NCBI GenBank assembly: GCA_947589395.1 | Contig: CANQAA010000002.1 | Span: 1-59,745, forward strand | Length of the DNA stretch: 59,745 nucleotides | Origin: an uncultured Clostridia bacterium | GTDB taxonomy: Bacteria; Bacillota; Clostridia; Christensenellales; CAG-917 | Direction of reading: 5' to 3' | In this document: piece by piece, positions 35,853 through 45,817 of the stretch | Position numbering within the stretch: position 1 is the stretch's first letter | Layout of the letters: the number at the start of each line of letters is the position of its first letter | Position numbers and translations under genes: made by a program | Notes under the pieces: generated by a model | Seen by the model: only the letters and a program-made list of their open reading frames with translations | The model's database searches: none | What the model was told of the DNA's origin: nothing

Positions 35853-36299
35853 ATGAACATTCAGGATTTGAAACCCGCAGTAGGAGCAAGGACCTCCGAA
35901 AAGAGAGTCGGACGCGGCATTGGCAGCGGCACGGGCAAGACCTCCACTCGCGGTCACAAGGGACAGTGGGCAAGAAGCGGCGGCGGCGTCCGTCCCAACT
36001 TCGAAGGCGGACAAATGCCCATGACGAGGCGTCTGCCAAAGATCGGCTTCAACAACAAGAGATTTGCCCATTGCTACACGACAGTTAACGTGGGCGCGCT
36101 CGAAGTTTTCGAAGACGGCGACACGGTCACGCTTGAAGCGCTTCTTGAAAGAGGCGTTGTCAAAAAGGCAGAGGCTTACGGACTTAAGGTCTTGGGCGAT
36201 GGAGAGCTCACCAAAAAGCTCACCGTCAAGGCAAACAAATTCACTTCGTCTGCAGCTGAAAAAATTCAAAAGGCAGGCGGCACTTCAGAGGTGCTATAA
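35853..36299 (+). CDS. rplO: 50S ribosomal protein L15
   Basis: [22 protein letters not shown]. Confidence 0.96.
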   Translation: MNIQDLKPAVGARTSEKRVGRGIGSGTGKTSTRGHKGQWARSGGGVRPNFEGGQMPMTRRLPKIGFNNKRFAHCYTTVNVGALEVFEDGDTVTLEALLERGVVKKAEAYGLKVLGDGELTKKLTVKANKFTSSAAEKIQKAGGTSEVL

Positions 36300-37618
36300 T
36301 GTTTGAAACGCTAAAAAACGCATTCAAATCAAAAGAGATCAGAGTGAAAATTTGGTGCACTCTCGCTCTCATACTCGTGTACCGCATCGGGTGCTACATT
36401 CCCATCCCGTCGCTCAACGCCTCGAGCGTTGCAGACACGATAGGAAATGCGGCGGACTTCTTCGGAGTGCTCGGAGCATTCACGGGCGGTTCGCTTCAGA
36501 ACGCGACGTTGTTTGCGCTTGGCATACTGCCGTTTATCAACTCGTTCATCATCATGCAACTGCTCACACTCGTCATTCCCGCGCTTGACAGAATGTCAAA
36601 GGAAGGCGAAGAGGGCAGAAACAAGCTCACGCAGATAACAAGGATCGTGGCGATAGTGCTTGCAGTCATTCAGGCGATAGGCATCGTGGTGACCTTGAGA
36701 AACGCGATCAATCCCTTTTTTGATTTTGAAGTGGGACAGACCCCGTATCTGACTATGGTCATGACGATCGTGATACTCGTCGCGGGCAGCACGATGGTCA
36801 TGTGGCTGAGCGAGAGGATCACGGAGTACGGCATCGGCAACGGAACGTCGATCATCATCTTCATCGGCATTTTGGCGACAGCAGGACAGACGATGGCTCA
36901 ATCCTTCAACATGGTCGGAGAGAACTGGGTGTACATCTGGAACATCATCGGCTTTATCATCGTCGTCGTGGCAGTTTTGGCGTTCATAGTCTTTATGGAC
37001 GGCGCAGAAAGAAGGATAACCGTGCAATATTCAAAGCAGGTCAAGGGCAACAAGATGTACGGCGGTCAAACCACCTACATCCCCATCAGAGTGAACGGCA
37101 GCGGCGTCATGCCCATCATCTTCGCCTCATCGCTTCTGATGTTGCCTCAGATGATCATCCAATTGTTCTTCTCGAACACGAGCGCGGCGGTGTGGTACGC
37201 AAGATATATGGGTTCAAACACTCCCGTATATTACATCCTTCTCGCGCTGTTGATCTTGGGATTCAGCTATTTCTATGCTCAGATCCAGTTCAACCCCGAA
37301 GATGTGTCCAAAAACATACAGCAATACGGCGGATTCATTCCGGGCATAAGAGCGGGCAAACCAACGAGCGATTTCTTGAGAAAGATCAACAACCGCATAA
37401 CGTTGTTCGGAGCCGTCTTCCTTATGATCATCGCGCTCATTCCTACATTGTTGTTTGCGGCGCTCGCGGGACAGCTCACAAACGGCGCAACAGTGCTTCC
37501 GTTTGCGAACTCCTTCTCCGCAACCGGCTTGCTGATCGTCGTGTCGGTCGCGCTCGAGCTCAACAAACAACTTGAGTCGCAGATCATGATGAAGCATTAC
37601 AAGGGCTTCTTGAAGTAA
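36299..37618 (+). CDS. secY: preprotein translocase subunit SecY
   Basis: 439 aa, 10 TM helices; IPIPSLNAS..., GILPFINSFIIMQLL; TAATG overlap with rplO. Confidence 0.96.
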   Translation: MFETLKNAFKSKEIRVKIWCTLALILVYRIGCYIPIPSLNASSVADTIGNAADFFGVLGAFTGGSLQNATLFALGILPFINSFIIMQLLTLVIPALDRMSKEGEEGRNKLTQITRIVAIVLAVIQAIGIVVTLRNAINPFFDFEVGQTPYLTMVMTIVILVAGSTMVMWLSERITEYGIGNGTSIIIFIGILATAGQTMAQSFNMVGENWVYIWNIIGFIIVVVAVLAFIVFMDGAERRITVQYSKQVKGNKMYGGQTTYIPIRVNGSGVMPIIFASSLLMLPQMIIQLFFSNTSAAVWYARYMGSNTPVYYILLALLILGFSYFYAQIQFNPEDVSKNIQQYGGFIPGIRAGKPTSDFLRKINNRITLFGAVFLMIIALIPTLLFAALAGQLTNGATVLPFANSFSATGLLIVVSVALELNKQLESQIMMKHYKGFLK

Positions 37619-37634
37619 GCCTTTGGGGGAAAAT

Positions 37635-38258
37635 ATGCACAACGTCATTCTTTTGGGCGCTCCGGGCGCAGGAAAGGGCACGCAGGCGGCGCTTCTCAAA
37701 GACAAGCTCAACGTTCCGACGATATCCACAGGCGATATACTCAGGCGCAACATCAAGGAGGGCACTCCTCTCGGGATCGAAGCCAAAAAATATATCGACG
37801 CGGGAGCGCTTGTTCCCGACGAGGTAGTGGTAGGGCTCGTCAAGGCGAGACTTGCAAGCGACGACTGCAAAGACGGCTTCATCCTCGACGGATTTCCGAG
37901 AACGGTGCCTCAGGCTGAGGCGCTCGACAAGATCGCGGATATAGACGTTGCGATCAACGTAGACGTGCCGTTTGAGCTCATCGTGTCCCGCCTTTCGGGA
38001 AGAAGAGTGTGCATTTGCGGCGAGACCTATCATGTCTCTATGTTAAACGGCAGCAACATGTGCGCAAAGTGCGGCAAGGAGCTGTTCATACGAGACGACG
38101 ACAAAACCGAGACGATCAAGAAGAGATTGCAGGTATATTCCGTCGAGACCGCGCCCCTCATCAAGTATTACGAGGCGCAGGGAAAGCTCAAAAACATCGT
38201 GGCTACGGGCACGGTGGAGGAGACTTTCAAAGACATAATGAAGGTGCTCAATGATTAG
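37635..38258 (+). CDS. adk: adenylate kinase (Cys-containing LID)
   Basis: MHNVILLGAPGAGKGTQA P-loop. LID cysteines are CIC...CAKC. I prefer ATG 37635 over the ORF-track TTG at 37623. Confidence 0.95.
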   Translation: MHNVILLGAPGAGKGTQAALLKDKLNVPTISTGDILRRNIKEGTPLGIEAKKYIDAGALVPDEVVVGLVKARLASDDCKDGFILDGFPRTVPQAEALDKIADIDVAINVDVPFELIVSRLSGRRVCICGETYHVSMLNGSNMCAKCGKELFIRDDDKTETIKKRLQVYSVETAPLIKYYEAQGKLKNIVATGTVEETFKDIMKVLND

Positions 38259-39003
38259 GCTCAAGTCGCCGTTTGAAATCGATTGCATGCGCAAGTCCGG
38301 CGAAATTTTGCGAGACTGCCTGCTTTTTCTCGAAGAGAGAGTGAAGGCGGGCGTCTCAACGAAGAAGCTTGACGAGTTTGCCTACGAATACATAAAAGGG
38401 CATGGCGCAGAGCCGTCGTTTTTGGGCTTTGACGCGGGCATGGGCGTCCCGTTTCCCGGCACGATATGCGCGTCGGTGGACAGCGTGGTCGTGCACGGTT
38501 TCCCAAGCGAGAGGAAGCTCAAAGAAGGCGAGATACTCTCGATAGATTGCGGGCTCGTGTTCAAGGGCTGGCAGGCGGACGCGGCGAGGACGATCGCCGT
38601 CGGCGAGATAAGCAAAGAAAAGCGCGACCTCGTCGATGTGACGAGACAGAGCTTTTTCGAGGGCGTGAAAAACTTCAAAGAAGGCAACAGGCTCGGAGAT
38701 ATCTCGAGCGCGATACAGCTATATTGCGAGTCGAGAGGATATTCGATCGTTCGCACCATGACGGGGCACGGGATAGGCAGAGAGATGCACGAGGACCCGT
38801 CCGTCCCCAATTTCGGGCGCGCGGGGCACGGCATAAGGCTTGAAAGAGGGCTTGTGCTCGCGATCGAGCCGATGGTCAACATGGGCACCTGGAAGACCCA
38901 TGACGAGGGCTGGCTTTGCGAGACCCTCGACAAAAAGCCGTCCGCGCACTACGAAAACACGGTAGCTCTGACCGAAAACGGAGCGGAAATACTCACTCTT
39001 TGA
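38251..39003 (+). CDS. map: type I methionine aminopeptidase
   Basis: Metal ligands lie in context (DCGLVFKGWQAD, GHGIGREMHE, LAIEPM). Confidence 0.95.
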   Translation: MIRLKSPFEIDCMRKSGEILRDCLLFLEERVKAGVSTKKLDEFAYEYIKGHGAEPSFLGFDAGMGVPFPGTICASVDSVVVHGFPSERKLKEGEILSIDCGLVFKGWQADAARTIAVGEISKEKRDLVDVTRQSFFEGVKNFKEGNRLGDISSAIQLYCESRGYSIVRTMTGHGIGREMHEDPSVPNFGRAGHGIRLERGLVLAIEPMVNMGTWKTHDEGWLCETLDKKPSAHYENTVALTENGAEILTL

Positions 39004-39004
39004 T

Positions 39005-39268
39005 ATGGAACTTGGCGAAATCGTATATTCAATTGCGGGCAGAGATCAAGATAGGTTCTATGCCGTAGTCGAGATAGACGGCGATGACAGAGTCAAAATT
39101 GCCGACGGCGAGCTCAGGCGTATCAAAAGGGCGAAGCTGAAAAACGTCAAACATCTCAAAAGCACGGGCGACGTGCTCGAGAAAATAGCGTTGAAGCTCA
39201 GATCAGGCGCACAGGTGTTCGACGCAGAGTTGAAGAGCGCGCTCCGCTTTTATACCGAAACCAAATAA
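39005..39268 (+). CDS. small KOW-domain protein commonly found between map and infA in Clostridia
   Basis: [22 protein letters not shown] is a KOW-like motif; conserved position. Confidence 0.7.
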   Translation: MELGEIVYSIAGRDQDRFYAVVEIDGDDRVKIADGELRRIKRAKLKNVKHLKSTGDVLEKIALKLRSGAQVFDAELKSALRFYTETK

Positions 39269-39279
39269 AGGAAGGTTAT

Positions 39280-39498
39280 ATGTCAAGGGAAGACGTTATC
39301 GAAACTGAGGGCAAAGTTGTAGAGGTATTGCCCAAGACCCAATTCAGAGTTGTGCTGTCAAACGGCAGGGAAGTGCTTGCGTACTTGGGCGGCAAACTTC
39401 GCATCAACAACATAAGGATCTTAGAGGGCGACAAAGTCAAGATAGAGCTGTCGCCGTACGACCTTACTAAAGGCAGAATAATATATCGTAACAAGTAA
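39280..39498 (+). CDS. infA: translation initiation factor IF-1
   Basis: [41 protein letters not shown]. Confidence 0.97.
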   Translation: MSREDVIETEGKVVEVLPKTQFRVVLSNGREVLAYLGGKLRINNIRILEGDKVKIELSPYDLTKGRIIYRNK

Positions 39499-39518
39499 GG
39501 AAATAAAAGGAGGCTAAT

Positions 39519-39635
39519 ATGAAAGTCAGACCAAGCGTAAAACCCATGTGCGACAAGTGCAAGGTCATCAAGAGAAACGGCAGAGTTATGGTCATCTGCT
39601 CAAAGTATCCCAATCACAAACAGCGTCAGGGCTAA
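39519..39635 (+). CDS. rpmJ: 50S ribosomal protein L36 (38 aa, Zn-binding C-C-C-H form)
   Basis: Absent from the ORF track (under 60 aa). Read by hand as [38 protein letters not shown] with an AAGGAGG SD. Confidence 0.94.
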   Translation: MKVRPSVKPMCDKCKVIKRNGRVMVICSKYPNHKQRQG

Positions 39636-39735
39636 GAAGGGAAGTCAGCGTAGGGCGGCTGGTTGCTCATTCCGATTTTGGCAACTCCCTATGCGTCCAT
39701 ATATATAAATCGAACATATTTTTCGGAGGTAAAAA

Positions 39736-40101
39736 ATGGCAAGAATCGCCGGCGTGGATCTTCCGCGCGACAAAAGAGTTGAATACGGCCTTACCTACAT
39801 TTACGGCATCGGTTTGCCCACCTCTCAGCGCATTTTGCGCGAGACGGGCATAAGCCCGGACGTCCGCGTGAAGGATCTCACAGAGGATCAGGTAAGCAAG
39901 ATCCGTGATTACATTGAAAACAATCTTCACGTCGAGGGTGATTTGAGAAGGGAAGTCGTTCTCAACATCAAGAGACTTGGAGAGATCGGTTGCTATCGTG
40001 GCATTCGTCATAGAAAGGGTCTGCCCGTCAGAGGTCAGAACACCAAGCAAAATGCCCGCACCCGCAAGGGACCCAAGCGCGCAGTCAGCCGTAAGAAGTA
40101 A
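39736..40101 (+). CDS. rpsM: 30S ribosomal protein S13
   Basis: [26 protein letters not shown]. Confidence 0.97.
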   Translation: MARIAGVDLPRDKRVEYGLTYIYGIGLPTSQRILRETGISPDVRVKDLTEDQVSKIRDYIENNLHVEGDLRREVVLNIKRLGEIGCYRGIRHRKGLPVRGQNTKQNARTRKGPKRAVSRKK

Positions 40102-40112
40102 GGAGGCAGATT

Positions 40113-40508
40113 ATGGCAGGTATTGCAAGAAGAGCTATCAAAAAAAGGAAAGATATCAAGCGTGTTGAAAAGGGACAGGTGCACATTCACGCTTCCTTCA
40201 ACAACACGATCGTTACAGTCACGGACATGAACGGCAACGCCATCAGCTGGTCTTCGGCAGGCAAGCTCAAACTTCGCGGCAGTCGTAAATCCACGCCGTT
40301 TGCGGCGCAGATGGTCAGCGAGGACGCGGCAAAAGTCGCCTACGATCAAGGCATGAGAAGCGTCGAGGTTTATGTCAAGGGGCCCGGTCAAGGCAGAGAG
40401 TCTGCCATCCGTGCACTCGGCAACGTGGGGCTTGAGGTCACGCTCATTCAGGACGTGTCCGCCATTCCGCACAACGGTTGCCGTCCGCCAAAGGCGAGGA
40501 GACTGTAA
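40113..40508 (+). CDS. rpsK: 30S ribosomal protein S11
   Basis: [30 protein letters not shown]. Confidence 0.97.
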   Translation: MAGIARRAIKKRKDIKRVEKGQVHIHASFNNTIVTVTDMNGNAISWSSAGKLKLRGSRKSTPFAAQMVSEDAAKVAYDQGMRSVEVYVKGPGQGRESAIRALGNVGLEVTLIQDVSAIPHNGCRPPKARRL

Positions 40509-40522
40509 AGGAGGACTAAGTT

Positions 40523-41149
40523 ATGGCAAAATATACAGGAGCAGATTGTCGTCTGTGCCGCCGCGAAGGCTGCAAGCTCTTTTTGAAGGGCGATAAGTGC
40601 ATGACAGAAAAGTGCCCTTATCTCAAAAAGTTCGCGCCTCCCGGACAGCATGGCAAAGCAAGAAAGAAAAACAGCGGCTATTCCGTGCAGCTCAGGGAAA
40701 AGCAAAAAACCAAGCGTATCTACGGCGTCACCGAAAAGCAATTCAAGATGTATTATGACACCGCGTCCGAAATGCGCGGAGTCACCGGCGAGAACATGCT
40801 CATCTTGATCGAAAGACGTCTTGACAACGTGGTGTACCGTCTCGGGCTTGGCGCTTCGAGGGCGCAGGCAAGGCAGATCGTGTGTCACGGACATATTCTA
40901 GTGAACGGCAAGACCGTCGACATTCCGTCCTATCTCGTGAAGGCGGGCGACGTCGTCTCCGTCAAGGAGAACAGCCGCGACTCCGTCATGTGGGAGACCG
41001 TCAAGGCGACGAAGAACCTCAACATCGTCAAGTGGTTGGAGTTTGACAACGTCGAGCTCACCGGCAAGGTCGTCGCGCTTCCCCAAAGAGAGGACATCAA
41101 CGACGTTGACATCCACGAGCACCTTATCGTCGAGTTGTATTCCAAGTAA
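40523..41149 (+). CDS. rpsD: 30S ribosomal protein S4 (Cys-cluster form)
   Basis: MAKYTGADCRLCRREGCKLFLKGDKCMTEKC... Confidence 0.96.
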   Translation: MAKYTGADCRLCRREGCKLFLKGDKCMTEKCPYLKKFAPPGQHGKARKKNSGYSVQLREKQKTKRIYGVTEKQFKMYYDTASEMRGVTGENMLILIERRLDNVVYRLGLGASRAQARQIVCHGHILVNGKTVDIPSYLVKAGDVVSVKENSRDSVMWETVKATKNLNIVKWLEFDNVELTGKVVALPQREDINDVDIHEHLIVELYSK

Positions 41150-41169
41150 TAAGTCAGGAGGATTCGGAT

Positions 41170-42126
41170 ATGATGGAGATCAAAAGCCCAAAGATTACTT
41201 TCGAGGAGAACGAAAGCAAAAATTATGCGAAGTTCGTCGTCGAGCCGCTTGAGCGCGGTTTTGGCACGACAATAGGCAACAGTCTGCGTCGAATACTCCT
41301 TTCCGCACTTCCCGGCGCGGCGGCGGTCGGGGTGAAAATCGCGGGGGTAGACCACGAATTTTCCACGATAAAAGGCGTCAAGGAAGAAGTAACCGAAATC
41401 ATACTCAACGTCAAATCAGTGCGCTTCAGGGCGGTCAGCAGTCTCGAGCACGCCGAGAAGCAGGAATGCAGGCTTCATGCCAACACGGTCGGCGTGGTCA
41501 CTGCGGGCGACATCGAGTGCGCTTTGGGCATCGAGGTCATGAACCCCGCGCAGGTCATCTGCACTCTCGACGAGGGCGCCGAGATCGACATGATCATCTA
41601 CGTCGACTGCGGCAGGGGCTATGTGCCCGCTCAGCAGAACAAAGACCCCTTGAAAGGCATCGGTTATATCCCGATCGACTCTATCTACACCCCCGTAGTG
41701 AGAGCAAACTATTCCGTTGAAAACACCCGCGTCGAGCAGAGCATAGACTTTGACAAGCTCACGCTCGAAGTCACAACGGACGGCACGACTTCCGCAAAGG
41801 AGATCACGTCGCTCGCCGCAAAGATTATGAATGACCACATCAGGCTGTTTGTCACGCTTGTGGATCACATGGAGGAGCAAAACATCCTCGTCGAGCCGCA
41901 GCAAGACAGCAAGCTCAAGGTTCTTGAGATGTCCGTTGAGGATCTGGACCTTTCCGTCCGCTCTTACAACTGCCTCAAGCGCGCGGGCATTCACACCGTC
42001 GAGGATTTGACCAAGAGGTCCGAAGAGGATATGCTCAAGGTCAGAAATCTCGGCAGAAAATCTCTCGAGGAAGTCGTCAAGAAGCTCGAGGATTTAGGAC
42101 TCAGTCTAAAGACCCAAGAGGATTAG
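41170..42126 (+). CDS. rpoA: DNA-directed RNA polymerase subunit alpha
   Basis: FVVEPLERGFGTTIGNSLRRILLS. The C-terminal domain has LDLSVRSYNCLKRAGIHTVEDL. AGGAGG SD. Confidence 0.96.
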   Translation: MMEIKSPKITFEENESKNYAKFVVEPLERGFGTTIGNSLRRILLSALPGAAAVGVKIAGVDHEFSTIKGVKEEVTEIILNVKSVRFRAVSSLEHAEKQECRLHANTVGVVTAGDIECALGIEVMNPAQVICTLDEGAEIDMIIYVDCGRGYVPAQQNKDPLKGIGYIPIDSIYTPVVRANYSVENTRVEQSIDFDKLTLEVTTDGTTSAKEITSLAAKIMNDHIRLFVTLVDHMEEQNILVEPQQDSKLKVLEMSVEDLDLSVRSYNCLKRAGIHTVEDLTKRSEEDMLKVRNLGRKSLEEVVKKLEDLGLSLKTQED

Positions 42127-42136
42127 GAGGAACATC

Positions 42137-42655
42137 ATGCCAAACAAATTAGGTAAAAGAACAGACCAAAGAATGGCTCTCATCAAAAATCAGGTGTCCG
42201 AGCTGCTTTGGTACGGACAGATCGAAACCACTGTCGACCGTGCAAAATCTGTGAGAAGCCTCGCAGAAAAATATATCACCATTGCAATCAGAGCGTACAA
42301 GGACGAAGTCAAGGTCTCAAAGACCGTGACCACGACAAACTCAAAGGGCGAGAAGTCCCAAAACGTCGTGGAGTTCACAAACGACGGCCCCAAAAAGCTC
42401 GCCGCAAGACGCAGACTCATGGCTGAGCTCGTCGATCTTCACGAGGTCAAGGGCGAGAAGGAGTCCAAAGCCGCGTTCCGCAACCGCATCAAGGACGCAA
42501 AGCATCCTCTCATCGAAAAGCTCTTCAGAGAGTATGCTCCCAAGTACGACGCTCGCAAAGAGGAGCTCGGACAGGGCGGCGGCTACACCCGCATCTTCAA
42601 GACGGGCAACAGACGCGGCGACGCTGCAAAGACTTGCATTTTGAAGCTCATCTAA
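42137..42655 (+). CDS. rplQ: 50S ribosomal protein L17 (long form, 172 aa)
   Basis: The N-terminus LGKRTDQRMALIKNQVSELLWYGQIETT and C-terminus GGGYTRIFKTGNRRGDAA are canonical. The central part is expanded. Confidence 0.93.
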   Translation: MPNKLGKRTDQRMALIKNQVSELLWYGQIETTVDRAKSVRSLAEKYITIAIRAYKDEVKVSKTVTTTNSKGEKSQNVVEFTNDGPKKLAARRRLMAELVDLHEVKGEKESKAAFRNRIKDAKHPLIEKLFREYAPKYDARKEELGQGGGYTRIFKTGNRRGDAAKTCILKLI

Positions 42656-42663
42656 ACAAAACC

Positions 42664-42694
42664 AAGCCGCTTGCGCAAGCGGCTTTTTTGTTTT
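42664..42694 (+). terminator. intrinsic terminator of the alpha operon
   Basis: AAGCCGCTTG-CG-CAAGCGGCTT followed by TTTTGTTTT. Confidence 0.85.
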
Positions 42695-42734
42695 CAAAAC
42701 GACGCAAAAAAGCAAAATGCGAACTTAAATTTGC

Positions 42735-42769
42735 AAAAACACGCGGATAAACCGCGTGTTTTGATTTTA
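42735..42769. terminator. second, bidirectional terminator-like hairpin
   Basis: AAAA-ACACGCGG-ATAAA-CCGCGTGT-TTTGATTTT. Confidence 0.55.
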
Positions 42770-42939
42770 CAGCTTATTTAACTTTGATTTACAGCTCGAT
42801 TATATTATGGGTCTACGGCTTGATTTTCTCACTCAATTTTTATGATGTTACGGCTTGGCTTTGTTTTGATTTTTCACTCCACCCAATATGATGTTAGGGC
42901 TTATTTTGTGATTTTATCGCCCGATGTAATATCGATTTC
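42761..42939. repeat. degenerate T-rich tandem repeat (about 45-nt period, about 4 copies)
   Basis: The recurring TGTTA(C/G)GGCTT...GATTTT..CAC pattern appears as TGATGTTACGGCTTGGCTTTGTTTTGATTTTTCACTC and TGATGTTAGGGCTTATTTTGTGATTTTATCGCC. Confidence 0.45.
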
Positions 42940-43674
42940 TCACTTGTTTTCGGGCTTTTGCCAGAGGTTGTTGCGCTCGGGGTGATATATTGCTCCCAAA
43001 ATGCGCTCCTTTGCGAACGGGATCTCCTCGCAGATGTGTTTGATGAGGTTTTTGACGTACTCGCGCTGAGAGTGGTGATTTTCGGGGCAGGGATTGTTCA
43101 CGATGGGGAGCTCGAGTCTTGAAACGGCGCTCTTTATGTCGTACTCTTCAAGATATATGAGGGGGCGAATTAGCGAGACTTTTGAGCGGTCCATATACGC
43201 GGTGGGAGCGAAGCAGGAAAAGCGTCCTTCGTAGAGAAGGGAGAGGAGCATTGTTTCGGCGACGTCGTCCGCGTTGTGCCCGAGCGCGAGCTTTCCCCCG
43301 CCAAGACGGTTTATTTCGCTCGTCAACGCGCCGCGTCTCAACTTCGCGCAGAGAGAGCAGGGATTGGACTCTTTTCTCGCCTCGAAAATTATCTCCGCGA
43401 TGTCCGTTTTGACGACATGGTGTGGAATATTTTGCGCCTCAAGGTATTTTTCGAGGTTGACCTTTTCCTCTTGGGACGTGCCCTCGAGCCCCATATCTAT
43501 CGTGATCGTCTCAAGCGTGAAGCGCTCGGGAGAGAAGCGACGATAGGCGGCGAGCGCGGCGGTCAAAAGCACGCTGTCCTTGCCTCCGGACAGTCCCACG
43601 AAGATCTTGTCCCCGTCCTCGATCATTTTGTAGTCCGTGACGGCGCGGCGCACGGCGCTCAAAATTTTTTGCAT
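42940..43674 (-). CDS. ttcA: TtcA-family PP-loop ATPase (tRNA 2-thiocytidine synthetase-like)
   Basis: SGGKDS PP-loop, CSLC pair and a later NPCP Cys, GHNADD motif. Confidence 0.8.
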   Translation of the reverse strand: MQKILSAVRRAVTDYKMIEDGDKIFVGLSGGKDSVLLTAALAAYRRFSPERFTLETITIDMGLEGTSQEEKVNLEKYLEAQNIPHHVVKTDIAEIIFEARKESNPCSLCAKLRRGALTSEINRLGGGKLALGHNADDVAETMLLSLLYEGRFSCFAPTAYMDRSKVSLIRPLIYLEEYDIKSAVSRLELPIVNNPCPENHHSQREYVKNLIKHICEEIPFAKERILGAIYHPERNNLWQKPENK

Positions 43675-43800
43675 TATATCCCCTTTGAAAAATATATTTT
43701 ATATATAGATTATAGCGGCAAAGCGGGCGCAAGGCAAGCGAAAATTGCAACGCTTTCTTGACATACTCACAAGTTGAGGCTATACTATGCAAGAGGGCAT

Positions 43801-44637
43801 ATGATTGAAACGATCAGCGACTTTTTCAAACAATTGACGGGCGGGAACGAATATTTGATGTTGTATCTCATGTCCATCATTCCCATCATCGAGCTCAGAG
43901 GCGCGATCGTTTTCATGTCCGGCATGTTCACCGCTTCCGTCAACCGCTTTTTGCAGGTGTACATAGGCATGTGGTGTTGCATCGCGGGCTCTACGACAAT
44001 CATTTTGCCGTTGATGTTGATAACTCGTCCGCTCATCAAGCGCATGAAAAAGTCAAAATGGTTTTCAAAGCTCGCCAAAAATCTCGAAAGCAACCTTGCG
44101 GATAGGGCGAAGAGCGCCTACAGCGAGGAGAGTGAGAAAAAAGCCGTCAAACGGTTGTCCGCCGACGCCAAAAAGTTTTTGGGCTTGTTCGCGTTTGTGG
44201 CGATCCCCCTGCCGATGACGGGCGCGTGGACGGGCTCTTGCATAGGCAGCTTTTTGGACTTTCCCATTTGGAAGGCGTCACTGGCGGTGTTTTTGGGCAA
44301 CGTGGTCGCGGGGCACATCCTTATGGCGATCGCCTATCTCATGCCTCAGCAATATGCCGATCTGTTCTTGTACGGCTTCGTGATCCTTGCGGTCGCGCTT
44401 GCCGTGATACTCTATTTCACACGCAGTCGTCGTCAGGAAAAACAGCGCAAAGAGGAGATGGCAAAATATTCCTCAAAGAGCGAATATGAGCTTGCGCTCA
44501 TCAAAAAAGAGGCTGAGCAAAACGGCGAGACGCTCGTCAAAAAAGAGTACATCGACGAAAACGGCGACCGTCACATCGTGATAGGGCGGGACGAATCCAA
44601 AAATCGCCAAGCCATCGACGGCGACGACGTCATATAG
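43801..44637 (+). CDS. small multidrug export-like (COG2426 / PF06695-type) membrane protein with a long charged C-terminal tail
   Basis: IPIIELRGAIVF motif. Four to five TM helices. The tail is RRQEKQRKEEMAKYSSKSEYELALIKKEAEQ... Preferred start ATG 43801. Confidence 0.7.
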   Translation: MIETISDFFKQLTGGNEYLMLYLMSIIPIIELRGAIVFMSGMFTASVNRFLQVYIGMWCCIAGSTTIILPLMLITRPLIKRMKKSKWFSKLAKNLESNLADRAKSAYSEESEKKAVKRLSADAKKFLGLFAFVAIPLPMTGAWTGSCIGSFLDFPIWKASLAVFLGNVVAGHILMAIAYLMPQQYADLFLYGFVILAVALAVILYFTRSRRQEKQRKEEMAKYSSKSEYELALIKKEAEQNGETLVKKEYIDENGDRHIVIGRDESKNRQAIDGDDVI

Positions 44638-44711
44638 CGCAATTTGAGCTTTATCATCTCAAAATCGCGCGTTAAAATGCTTGTTTTGAAAACAACTCCA
44701 AAAAAAATCGC

Positions 44712-44750
44712 ACAAAAAAAATCACCGCAAAAAGCGGTGATTTTTGATTT
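44712..44750. terminator. bidirectional intrinsic terminator between convergent genes
   Basis: A-run, ATCACCGC-AAAAA-GCGGTGAT, then TTTTGATTT. Confidence 0.8.
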
Positions 44751-44762
44751 GCTTTTGTCAGA

Positions 44763-45692
44763 TTACGCCTTGTTTGCGCAGCCGAGAACATACTCGATCT
44801 TGTGCTTGACGACTTGCTTGACAGCCTCTCTCGCCGGCCCGAGATATTGACGGGGATCGAAGTGGGAGGGGTTGAGAGCGAAGTGCTCGCGAATTGCGCC
44901 CGTGACCGCAAGACGCAGGTCGCTGTCGATGTTGATCTTGCAAACTGCCATAGAGGCGGCTTTGCGCAGCATCTCTTCGGGGACGCCCTGTGCTCCGGGC
45001 ATGCTTCCGCCGTATTGATTGACGATCTTGACGAGTTCCTGAGGAACGGACGAAGCGCCGTGCAAAACGATCGGGAAGCCCGGCAAACGACGCGCGACTT
45101 CTTCGAGGATGTCAAAGCGAAGCTTTGGCTCGCCCTTGAACTTGTATGCGCCGTGAGACGTGCCGATCGCGATGGCGAGAGAGTCCACGCCCGTCTTGGA
45201 GACGAACTCCTGAACCTGATCGGGGTCGGTGAAGGCGGCGTCCTTGTCGGCGACGTTGACGGCGTCCTCTATGCCGGCGAGCTTTCCGAGCTCGGCCTCG
45301 ACCACCACGCCGTGATCGTGAGCGTACTCAACGACCTGCCTCGTGATGCTGATGTTTTCGGCAAACGGATGCGCGCTCGCGTCGATCATGACGGAAGTGA
45401 AGCCGTGATCCACGCAGTCCTTGCAAAGCGCAAACGTGTCGCCGTGATCGAGGTGCAAGCAGATGGGAAGACCGCTCGTTTCCACCGCCGCTTCGACCAT
45501 CTTGGTGAGGTAGGTGGTGTTGGCGTACTTTCTCGCGCCTGAGGAAACTTGCAAAATGAGGGGAGCATGTTCTTCGGTGGCAGCTTCGACGATGCCCTGA
45601 ATGATCTCCATATTGTTGACATTGAAAGCGCCGATCGCATAGCCGCCCTCGTATGCCTTTTTGAACATTTCGGTTGTTGTTACCAATGGCAT
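44763..45692 (-). CDS. fba: class II fructose-1,6-bisphosphate aldolase
   Basis: MPLVTTTEMFKKAYEGGYAIGAFNVNNMEI..., LHLDHG, VLHGASSVP. Confidence 0.95.
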   Translation of the reverse strand: MPLVTTTEMFKKAYEGGYAIGAFNVNNMEIIQGIVEAATEEHAPLILQVSSGARKYANTTYLTKMVEAAVETSGLPICLHLDHGDTFALCKDCVDHGFTSVMIDASAHPFAENISITRQVVEYAHDHGVVVEAELGKLAGIEDAVNVADKDAAFTDPDQVQEFVSKTGVDSLAIAIGTSHGAYKFKGEPKLRFDILEEVARRLPGFPIVLHGASSVPQELVKIVNQYGGSMPGAQGVPEEMLRKAASMAVCKINIDSDLRLAVTGAIREHFALNPSHFDPRQYLGPAREAVKQVVKHKIEYVLGCANKA

Positions 45693-45817
45693 AATTTAGC
45701 CTCCATAAAAAATTTTTTTGCAATACATATTATATAAAACCCCATAGGCAATGTCAAGTCAAACGCGAGAAAATCAGCTCCCGCGCGAAAGATTTTGCGG
45801 CGAGGGTGGGACCCTTC

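Noticed and set aside
35123-36269. Minus-strand ORFs of 228 and 226 aa inside the spc operon
   Set aside because: They are antisense to rpsE, rpmD and rplO, which are unambiguous.
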